Source: Phoronis australis
Taxonomy: Eukaryota; Animalia; Phoronida
Length of the DNA: 64,000 nucleotides
NCBI GenBank assembly: GCA_002633005.1
Contig: NMRA01000237.1
Coordinates: 248,001-312,000 of the forward strand
Reading direction: 5' to 3'
The notes beneath the pieces were generated by a model. The model had not been told where the DNA came from and did not search any database. It was given only the letters and a program-made list of their open reading frames with translations. Of the stretch, positions 12,801 through 24,800 are shown piece after piece (position 1 is the stretch's first letter; the number at the start of each line of letters is the position of its first letter). The position numbers and the translations under genes are program-made.

Positions 12801-15800
12801 TGTTCTTGTTATTTACAATATTATACCATATTATTTACAATATTATACCATATTATATTTATGTTTTAATGCTTTATATTGCAACTTGTACATAATACGA
12901 AATGTTTGTCAATTACACTCTAGTTTCTGGTATTATGCATCTTGTTCTTTCTATTTGTAAATATTAATCACTGGCTTGTCTCATACTTCATTCATTATTC
13001 ACCCCTCTCAATTGCTTTATTTTCCCAAAAGTCTCAAAATTCCTGTGTAAACTACTGTTTCACATCAGTTTCTTTTCTTTCACTTATGTGCTAACAGATT
13101 AATAGTAAATTTTCCTATTTATCTGGAATATCACTACATTTTAAAATCCCAAGGGATGTACTTTTCTTGAAATATTTTCACCTTTTTTGTTGTCATGTCA
13201 AGTTATTTGCGAGTTTGTTCCCAGCTCAAGATGTCTAACTTCATCCAATACCTGATTTCCACAAATCAGTATGTTCAGTTTTTTGTTGTATATGGAAAAT
13301 GGAAAATGCAGTAATTCTCCACTTATTTAGCACAAAAAGATTGCCAAAATTGTGCATTTTGAGAACCAGTTTTCTCCACTGAATAATGGACATCAAATGG
13401 TTCTCAAACTGCAGGCGTGTTATATCAGACTATCATTGCCATCTACACAGTACAAATCAAGCAGACTGACATTTTCATAATCTTTATTTCTGCTGAGAAA
13501 TTTCTCCAAAATATTTCCACTTTTCTACCAGAATGTGTGTTGTATGTGAAGAATTACCACCTCACTATATCGTTAAAAATGATCAGAATATCACCTTGTG
13601 TCAGTTGGTGACTGAGCCGAATCGTTTTTGGTGTTAATAATGAAGAAAACTTTTCTTCCCCTCAATTTTTGTTGAGAAAATTAATGAAATTGCATTTCTC
13701 CCAGTCTGTGGTCCAAATCCAATTCCAACGGTCACATTTCAACATCACGGCAACCTCAGGAGGTTTACAGAGGAGATAAAGCTTAATTTTCACAAGTACA
13801 GAAGTCATATGTCTTGTAAGCTCTTATAATCAAACGGACTGCAGCTAAATGGGACATTAAATTGTTATCCCCACAGAATCCTCAGTCTGTATATGAGCCA
13901 AATAAAATGTTAATTACCTGCTGTTGTTCTCTTTGAAGTTGCCGTACGTTGAGCTTTGGTTGGTCCCTCACTTGGATCACATGACATGAAACTTGGACAG
14001 AACACCTATCTCTTATTAACTTGTGATTGGTTTATTGCAATTCCCTCGTCCAAGCATTCACTGACACAGATCTAGAGAGGGGTCAGGATCCCTCTTTTTA
14101 GTCACTTTCTTGTTGCTACAATTGAAGAATATCAAGTGCCCCCTATGTCCAGCTATTCTCGGACCTCCCTCTGGTCCTGAATCTGCTCCGCATCATAGCG
14201 GGAGAGAATTTTTTCCTCACTATCAAATAATTTGATTGTGCTCATGCTGTACATAAGCACATACTACTGACTGGTTGCTGCATGTGTTGAATGGACTAGA
14301 TGTATTCGTAGGTGACTAACCCACATGTTTCCATAGTTACTGCCTAGTACACACCTTACGCTGTACCCTTGCTGCCACAGGTATGTTGTCTTTATACTTC
14401 TCACACTTGTGTCACCTCAGCCATAGGTATGTGCCTTTGATACAAACTCCTTTCAATTTCCTCAAGAATGCAATTTTTGATATTTATTAAAAATGTATGA
14501 GCATTGCTGTAGGCATTTTCTGAAAGAAGAAACCTTTTGAGTACTATGTTTATCATCTAGGGTTGTGTTCTGTAAAGCAGAACATTCTTTGTGAGACCCT
14601 TGTGGGCAAACATTTTCTTTTATGGAATGGAAATCATGAATTTTCTCCCAAAATTCAAAATTCCAGCCACACTAACCAATCACTTAAGTGTATGATTTCG
14701 TCGAGCTCTACAAAATACATCCTTGGTGTAGTTTCATTGAAATTCTTGTATTTTTCTTCATATGTAAACAAGATTCGTATTGTTTCACCCACTGTGTCAT
14801 GTTTGTAGCCAATTTTCTTTGAATTGTTTTGCCCTCAACTTTCTCGAAAGTTTAAGTGTAAAAGGATGATTCTTGGACAACTATCCCTTTTGTTACCATT
14901 TGTAGAAGTTCCCATCGAAATGATCCTGCCTCTCAAGGACAAAGAACCCATGGAACACACTAGTGTGACCTTTACCTGCCAGTTCAATAAGGAGGTCGAC
15001 AGCGTCTGGTACATAGACGATAAGGAGATAACTCCCGGTGACAAATACGAGATTACTGTGGATGGTTTCACCCACCATCTTACCATCCATGATGTCACCA
15101 TAGAGGATGATGCTGAGATATCAATTGTGGCTGGACACAAAAAGTCTGCTGCTGGTCTCTTTGTCCAAGGTCAGTGCTCCTGATTGTTCACCTCCTTGCT
15201 GTTCTGCATCTGCCACTCTTTGCAGTTTGGCAGCAAATCAACATTCTTGTGAACTGTCAAGCACTTTTTGAAAGTCAACCACAAAATGTATTTAGTAGAA
15301 AATGTGTTTGCTTGTTGTGACGTGATAATAACATTTGTTGAATGTGGTTTTATGTTGCATGGTTACTTCTAGCAATGGGTTAATTACAACTTTGTAGCTA
15401 AAGAAGTCTGCAAAGTTGTTAACTGGCAAAATTTTGTAGTTTCCTACTATTTTGTAGAAATGCCAACAACATTCACCAGACCACTTCATGATGTCACTGA
15501 GAAAGAGAATGAGACAGCCATTTTTGAATGTGAAGTGTCCAAAGACAGTGCCACTGTTACTTGGCTGAAAGACGGTGCTGAGCTGAAACCAAGTGACAAT
15601 GTTACCATGGAAGTGGACGGACCAATCAGAAGACTTGTACTATCTGACCTTTCAATCAAACAACAGGGCAGGTTCACATGTACTGTTGGAACAAAGGAGA
15701 CTGCTGCCAGACTCACGGTTGAAGGTAGGTTGACTTAGTCTATAAAGCGTTAAGAGAGCACCATGACAAATTATTGCTGATTTGGAAACTGCTGACACTA

Positions 15801-18800
15801 AATGGGATATATTTGTAATATTCATGAATTAAAATCAAGTGTCCTCTGCCAAAGCTGAACCGAACATGTTATGCAGATCATTAGTGTTCATTAACGATAC
15901 TTTTTTCTGTTCAAACCTTTGTGTTGACCGGAAAGCAATCTGGTTGAAGCCAAATGATGCTCTTTCAATAAGTAATCAAGTGTCTTCAAAATCTCCAGAA
16001 TTTAAATTTTAAAATAATTTTTGAATTTTTGGTGGTGCACTTAAAAATTGCGTGCCACAGATGAACTCCATTGATCTTCAATATTTATGAATTGCTGGTA
16101 AAAAACGCAAATACTTGGAAGACTAATTTTCAAAAATTTTCCTATTTTAGCAGTGTCTCATCTTTCTGTGTTCTAAACTGGTGGAAATAATGGGAAGAAT
16201 GTCTTTAAGTCCAACTTTTTATTTGATATCTATCTTGATTCTCCTGATGAATTTGCATATTTCTATATTTTATAGAATTACCAGCTGTCTTCACTGTGAG
16301 CCTTGAAGACCAGTCAGTAATGGAGAACACTAGCGCCACCTTTGAGTGTGAGGTCTCGAAGGAAACTGCCGACGTCAAGTGGTACAAGGATGGCACAGTT
16401 CTTCACCCATCGGACACTGTACAGATTGTGAAAGATGGTCTCAAAAGGAAACTCATTCTGAGTGATGTGACTCTGGACGAGACAGCAAAATACAGTGCGA
16501 AAATGGATGAAACAGAAACATCAGCACAACTTACTGTTCTCGGTATAGTTAATATTCTCTTCTGCTGTTGTTAAACTTGTATTTGCATGCTCCTAACTCT
16601 GATAATGTATAGCAGGAACTAAACAACAATGTTATTTTAACATAAGCTACGCTAAACTAAGTGCAGCTGTATTCACTTGGTAATTTGTACATGTGACAAA
16701 AATCTGCAGTTAGGTGACCTTTGCACTAATGACGTACTTTGCAGGCTCACATAGCTGGCATCATACAGTGTTATTCCCCAGCATCACGCCACAATACTTA
16801 TTGGCCACGGTTCAGTGATTTGTGGCAGATCATTTTCACCACAAAACTCGTTCTTAAAATATTTGACAATCTTCAGTCTACTTAATATTCATATCGTCAC
16901 TATATGTTGTGTTTCTAACTAATTTGGCCAAGCAATCACAGAGATAACTAATTAGCCTGCAAGTTAATATGTAGGACCTTACTGATAAGCCTGTGTATTC
17001 AATGAAATATGTACAAAGGTATAGCAATCATCTCTTCAAAAGTATACATTTCTTGAAAGTAGAAAGCTATACTTTAGTTTTTGACGTCTTATCAATCTGC
17101 CATTAACTGAGTCGTGGGACCATGTATTTTTAGTAAAATTTAGTCAAACTAAAAGGTAGTAGCAAAACATCGATATCAATAACATGATCAAAAATCTTTT
17201 CATACAAATATTCGAGGTGAAATCACAAAGACGTCATTTCAGTTTTCTTAAATATCACTATGTTAGTTTTTGTTTTATGCAACATTCAATTTTTTTTTCA
17301 TAAAAGGTCCTATTTTCGATAGCCCATCATACAGGAGTGGGACAGTTGAAAATCAACTCTCAACAAAATTGATGAACAGTGTATAAATCATTTTGTATGA
17401 AAATTGGATGTGAATCTGACGAAGCATTTCTGAGTTATGATGTTCCGAAGTTCTGAAGTTTGTCAAATGTGAACATTTTTCTAGGGTCCTACATAATCTT
17501 AACATTTTCTTCAAACTTGAGATGCATTCAATAAACCTTATAATATTTCACTAGTGTCATGAGATGATATAAGTCTCCGCAGATGTTGCCAAGTATTGCC
17601 TGCTAAGTTCATGATCTCGCAGTGATACTTTTAAGTTTTAGTCACGAATGTGTGGCATTATGGAACTGCCCCCNCCCCCCCCCCCGGATGGATTACTTGT
17701 TTGTCAAAAACGTACTTACCGTGTCAAGGCCACTGGAGTTAAAATTGAGAAACTCAAAAGTCAGACGAATGTTTAAAGGTGAAAGTTTTGAAAAGCAGTG
17801 CGTCAGTGAAGTAAACACAGATGAGTAAGGTGGATTACAAACAGAGTTTTGGCAAACTTTCTTTTTTCAGTCTGTCTCTCCCACGACAGTCTGTATATGT
17901 CCGTAGAATTTAAAGGTGATTTAGTGCTGCTAAATCACAACACAGCATACTTTGGGATAAGTTTTCAATTTATGGAACTCCTTCAATACAAATTCTGTCA
18001 AAAACTGAGTGATTTAGAGCTTTTTTTAAGTGTGAATGCGTATGCTGTGATTCAATACCTTCCCAGTTATATTTGTGGAACATTTTAACTGCCAGCTCTG
18101 TTTTTATAATGCTGTCATTCCTTATGCATGGTGTTCTAATTTTCCTTAAATTCACTAAAACTTGGCTTTTCAACGAGCTATTTTAATGCTTATATGGGCA
18201 TGTACTAACAATGCTGCTTGAATTTTACCCTCGTTTGCAGAAGAACCCATTGAATTTACATCTCCATTAAATGAAACCACATGCTTTGAAGAGGACAGTG
18301 TCACACTTTCGTGCGAAGTGTCCAAAACCAATATGGATGTAACATGGTTCAAAGATGGAGTTGAAATCATGCCCAGTGGCCGCTTTGACATGTCAACAAA
18401 GGGCAAAGTTCAAAGTTTAACCATTCACAAGGCAGACTTTGATGATGCTGGGCTATATAGCATCAGAGTCAAAGATAAATCTTCCGAGGCCTCGCTGATA
18501 GTGGAAGGTTTGTGTTGATTGTAGGCTCTTAATTTTTTTTCCACAAATCCTCTTAAATGTTGCCGCTTGTGTTTCACATCAACTTTTCCTGCTTTCAAAG
18601 TCTATTGTGACCCCTGGAACATATTGCATTAGTTTACTAAATTTTTGCTGTTGTGTTAGTTCTACCTTCATTTTAACATAGAATTGCACGTTCGTTGTTA
18701 AATGTGTCATTTATATTATTGTGATATATGGAGGCCCTGTCTGTAGACAAGAAAAGGTTGGACAGATTAATGCATTCTCATACTACACGAATGATAACCA

Positions 18801-21800
18801 GATTTTAGGATTTGAAGATTTTTGGCACCAACGTCTGACAGTTATTTGGATGTTCTAAACTTACTGTTCACCTCTGAATTGGACCTCAATTTCTGCATGT
18901 AAGATGATTTATGTTGGTTGGGGTGCTTTGGGGAACAGAATTATCGCATTAAGATTTTACTCTTTAGTCACGTTGTATGCTGTCATGTTTCCAAAAAGAT
19001 TAAATGTTTTCTTTAATTGTAACATTTCAATTTGCTAACTAACGCTATCCATTGCCTCTTCATTTAGAAAAACCCATCGCTATCCTACTACCCTTGCAAG
19101 AAATCTCATGTCTTGAAAACGACACTGTGACCTTGACCTGTAAGCTTTCCAAACCTGATGTCAAGGTCACATGGTTAAAAGAGGATGTTCCACTGACCTC
19201 ATCACCTTCTACTGTCCTGTCTGTTGATGGCTTCCTCCATACCTTAACCATATCTAACACCAAGCTTGCCGACGAAGCAGAGTACACCATTGTCGTCAAT
19301 GACACTGTCAGAAGCTCTGCACTAATTTTCGTAGATGGTACTATTAATGTTCTATCCTTGTTTGGTTTTATATTTAGTACTACTAATACATTTTGTGTTC
19401 TTGTTTGCTGGTCAGTGTTTATTTGTGTTTTTTTTACTTTAAATGTTTATAGGTTCTAGCAATAAACTCATGGTTTCATATGTTTCTTCAAATTGAAATG
19501 CATTTTTGCCTGTCTGGTTTTGATCAAAAATAAAAATTTGTCTCAATTTTCAGAGCTTCCAGTTGAGATAACAACACCACTGACTGACAAAGAGTGCATG
19601 GAGACAGAACGAACATCCTTTGAGTGCAGCATCTCCAAACTGGACAGGAAGGTCACATGGTTAAAGGGTGTTGAGGTGCTGACGCCTGGTGACAGGTTCA
19701 AGATGTCAGTTCTTGGCACTAGGCAGATCTTGGAGATCATTGATGCCCACCTGGATGACCAGGCTACTTACTCCTGTACCATTGGTGACAAAACAACCTC
19801 AGCATCACTCACTGTCCACGGTTCGTTGACTCTTTTACTTTTTGGTCACATCACTGTTGTTTGGTATCTGGGCTGGCCTTTGACAATCCGTATTTAATAA
19901 ATGTGTCTTTGAGGTCGTAAAATATCCTTATTAACTTTATTCTGTCTTTGCTTTTAATCTCTTGAGAGAGCAATCCAGCTTTAATCCTTGCTGATGTGCA
20001 TGGATTTCATTCGTGATGATATTGCAAAATATACAAACAGAAAGACTGCCACTTAATTTAGATGTTACGGTTGTAGTCTTTCAAATGTGTCTATTGGATC
20101 AGCAAGATGTTTCCTGATTCTGAACATGGTCACAACCATGCCATGACTTTCTTTGTGTAGAAACATGAATGTGTCTTCTTACTTTACAGAGAAACCACTG
20201 GAAATCATTGTGCCACTGCAAGAAGCCAGCTGTATGGAACACCAATCATTTACTCTGACATGTGAAGTTTCCAAAGATGGCGTTGAAGCCCAATGGTTCA
20301 AAGGAGAGGAGCCCCTAAAGGTTGACGTCAACCACAGTGTGGCAGTTGATGGCACCCTGCACTCTCTGGTTATCACGGACGCTGCTGTTGGTGACACTGG
20401 CCATTACACCATCAGGGTGAAGGACAAGAGTTCCACAGCTCCAGTGAAAGTGGAAGGTAATTATATAAAAGAGACGATTGTGCTTTGGTGATAAAATTTA
20501 CAGGCGTTATATATGATCCACTGTTCTGAATTTAAGATGTCACATGGGAGACCATCCTCAAGAAAAATTTCTTTTTTCTCGTGCCATAAGGAAGACTCCC
20601 CACCAATGCAGTATACCCATCAACAATCAAATGTTTACTTAGTTCCTAAAGCATTATTAGTTAGCACAGACACACACACATAGAATACACTTAGAAAAAG
20701 CACGAGTTGCTATCCATCTTCTGGACCGCAAAAACATGGGGGGTGACTGATATTACATACGTCATACTAGGTTTGACTACTGGTTGTGTCTTTATTTCAT
20801 AGAAGAGCCACTTGAATTCACGGTCCCCCTGGAGGATGCCCAGTGCATGGAGAAAGAGACCATCACCTTGAAATGTGAAGTCAACGAAGACAACGTTGAT
20901 GCCACCTGGTACCAAGATGGTGAAGAGATCTCCTCCGACGATCATTTTGTCATGGCTGTCGACGGCAAACAACACTCGCTGACTATCAATGAGGCGAGAC
21001 TAGACGATGAGGCAGATTATACTGTTAAGATCAAGGATAAGACATCAATTGCCAACGTGGTCGTAGATGGTAGGTTGATGGTAGTTGGATGCCGCATGCG
21101 TTGATGCAGGAGAGGGATTTTTTCACAACAGCAAAAGCTTTTTAACATTGGTTTGAATGCGCCAATAACTGAATAACACTGAGCAAAAACAAGTAGGTTG
21201 CTTTTGTCAGTTTTTCGTTCTGTCTTTCGGAAAACACTTAACAGAGTGTTTTTTTAAATTAACCTGTTAGTATTTTGCTTCTTTTACCAGAGCATGGCGT
21301 TTCTGCCTCGTAATTTGCTAAAATCGCAGGTCACGCATGCCTGTTTAGCAGATTTCGGAAGGAGTTTTCAAATTTTCCTCTAAGTTTTTGAGGGTTGTCG
21401 AGGGATTTCAAAGCATTTGTTTCAGAGAATTGGATGGGAAAGTTGTTTTTTATATCTGTTCATAGGCTAAAACGTGGTGTGTTATCTTTTTAAAGCATGA
21501 AACTTCTGCAAAAGTTTACTGTAAAATTATAAAAATCTATTCCAATGAACTAACTCACCGCTCACTTTTCCAATTAATTTTCTGATTTTCATATATTAAC
21601 CTGATGATCTTACTTCACATGGTTTTCATCAAAGCATGGCGTTTCTGCAAGTAAAGTTTCTATTGTAACATTTTCACAATCTTTTTAATCTCTATATTTC
21701 TGCACTTTCACTAGTATTTTTCATCCTCTTTACAAATGCATGCAAACATTCATGCTTGTGTTTTTAGAACAACCCATTGAAATCATCCGACCTCTTCAAG

Positions 21801-24800
21801 AAGTAACGTGCTTTGAGAATGAGACTGTGACCTTGACATGTGAACTTTCGAAACCCGAGGTCAAGGTCGCATGGTTAATAGAGGATGAGGATCTCAGCAA
21901 TACTCCTCACTTGAGAATCAGTCAAGATGGTTGCCTGCACACATTAACTATCACTAATGCTAACCTTGATGATGAGGCTGAATACACCATTGTGATTGGT
22001 GGTCACTTAAGAAGCTCCGCTCTTGTTTTCGTTGAGGGTATGCAAGCATGTATAATAAAGTGACACACCTGTTGGTCAATGAACTGATTAGAACTTTGCA
22101 TCAGTTACCACTATGTATTTGATTGCAACTTGCATTAATGTGTACTTGGGAACTACTTACAAAATGTTGTTCCTGATAACTGAATTCAGTGAGTTGTCAT
22201 TTGTAAGTTGTCATTCTAGGCACTGAAAGTAACATTAATGTTAGCTGAAGGGCCCTGGTTCTGTACCCAATTGTTGACTTCATATTTAGATGTTAAATGA
22301 GGGACATGCTGAAAAAATGAAATCTTATAACAACAAGAAAGCCCGTAATATATGTTTTACATCATCAGAATTTGTTAGCTTGTATAATTATGTATTGCTT
22401 GCAGTTTAGCAGAATGTGAATCTTGCTTTTTAAAATCTTTCTTTGAAACAATGCATCATGAACGATTATTTGGTTTGCAAATGCATTTCAGTCCTGAACA
22501 TTTTGGTGGTTTATTGACTAAAACGTAAGTTGTCACCCGTTCTCAATCACATCATTCCTCATTGGAGTGTTAAGTGCTTTATGAACTGACAATAGGGTTC
22601 ACTACTATCATGTGCATTTCAACTCAGAACAACTTGCTGCAGCCCATTGTTGCACTAAACTCACTGATTTTCATAACTTTTCAGAGCTGCCAGTTGAGTT
22701 CATGACCCCACTCACTGACCAAGAATGCACAGAGAAGGACACAGTCACTTTCGAGTGCACCATCTCAAAACCCAACAGGAAAGTCACTTGGACCAAGAAC
22801 GAGAAAGTCTTATCTCCAGGCAAACGTTTCAATATGTCGTCTGATGGATGCCGTCATGTTCTTGAGATCAGTGAAGCCAGACTTGATGATCAGGCTACGT
22901 ACACATGTAGCGTCGGTGACAGAACAACATCTGCTGGCCTGAAAGTGCATGGTAATTGGCAAAATTAGTTGTTGCTATTTGTTGATAATAACGTGTACTT
23001 CTTCCTACGTGGTAGTCGACGTTGGTGCTAGATACTTATTCCATATTTTGAGTGGTGTTTGCAAAAGAAATGACTGTCTCACATTCTATATTTTTATTTA
23101 TGTGTTTCCATTAAACCACATAATATTAATTTGTGGTAACCTTAGCATATTCATTTCCTGGAAAGTATTGGAAAGCCGGGAGTATCTAGTGGGCATATCC
23201 ATAGATTTAAATTGATGTGATGTGACCTTTACATTCTAGTCCTGATGAAAACCATCTGGAATTGAGTTTAAATTAAAATTCTTGCTTAATTTGAAAAGGA
23301 AGTCTGAATTTCTAGTAAGGAATGTATCACACCAATTGTAAGATCAGAATACGTATGCTTGTTTCAAGTATTGTGGTTTCTTTCACAGAAGAGCCTCTCA
23401 CATTCACTGTCCAGTTGGCTGGTGCAGAGTGCATGGAGCACGAAACTGTCACACTCAGATGTGAAGTCTCTAAAGACAATGTAGCTGCCACATGGTCTAA
23501 AGATGATGTGGAAATCACAAGCGGTGATCGTTTCACCATCTCTGTTGATGGCAGAGAGCATACCTTGACCATAACTGATGCCCAGCTTACTGACAAGGCA
23601 GAATACACCATCAAGGTTGAAGACAAGAGCTCCACAGCTCCTCTTGTGGTTGAAGGTAAGGGTTGTAAACTTTTTGTGAGAGATGGGGTGTGTGTGTAAT
23701 GTATGCCATAAAGAAACAAGAAAGAATGGCTCTCTGTTCCTTCAAGTTGTATATGGGTGCTAGTCTTTATGACCAGGCTACACACATAGTTTCAGTAACA
23801 GAATAACATCTGCTGGCCTGATAGTGTATGGTATGTGGCGTAATTAGTTGTTAATATATATGGAGAATAACTGGTACTTTATCCTAGGGTATAGTTGGCC
23901 TTGGTACTAGATAATTATTCGGTAATTCATAACTCGCACAAGAATAGTTGCCAAAATTGTAAGTTTTCTTATTTCTCGGGGGTTGATTAACTTGCTGAAA
24001 ATAATTAGAAACTAAATCAAATGTTGTTTTATGGCCTCTACGCAATACAAATCAAACTAATAAACTTTATCGGAATCTGTTTTGCTTGGAGTATGTAATG
24101 AGCTATGTTGCAGAGTAAAACAGGACGTAGATTATCGAATAATGTCACGCATGATGAAAATTCAAAAGGTATAAATAATACAAAACAAGACTCTGCAAGA
24201 TGGGCATAGGATAAAATGCCATGATGGCAGCATTTTATTCTGCTGAGAATTTTGACTTTGTCTGCCATATTGTGTGCTCAATAGGTGAAAATTACCATAG
24301 TCGGTATTCTGAAGGCATAGTAATTTGAAATTTGTGTGGTTTTGTTGATTTTTAATGATGTTGTTTCCACTAAATGGCATAGTATTGATTAATGCTGATC
24401 ATGACTTATTCATTTACTGGACTGGACTGGACTGGACTGGACTGGACTGGACTGGACTGGACTGGACTGGACTGGACTGGACTGGACTGCAGAGATGGTG
24501 TAGTTGGAATATTACCAGAGGTTGATGTGATGTGGCACTTATATTCTAGTCATAATGAAATCCATCTGATGGTGTAAATTGAAATTCTTGCTTAATCTGT
24601 AAAGGAATTCTGGGGAGAATTACACAAATGGTTAGTTAGTGAACGCTATAGCAAATCAAGATTAGCAATAGCAAGCAAAAGGAAATGACTCAGGAATGTT
24701 ATGCTTCATTAAAATAAGATATGTAATAATTAAAGCCACATATATCACATCAACTGTAATATCAATGTATGTAGGCTTGGTTTAAGTTTTGTGGTTTCTT

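Noticed and set aside
13861-13906. Acceptor-like ccccacag followed by ESSVCI* and AATAAA
   Set aside because: Weak pyrimidine tract; such coincidences are common in AT-rich introns.
16620-17930. Intron segment that looks repeat-derived, around the poly-C/N
   Set aside because: No TIR pair, TSD or second copy could be identified by eye.
24392-24577. ORF with a TGLDW repeat
   Set aside because: Translation of the (ACTGG)n microsatellite; the paralogous site has only 3 units.
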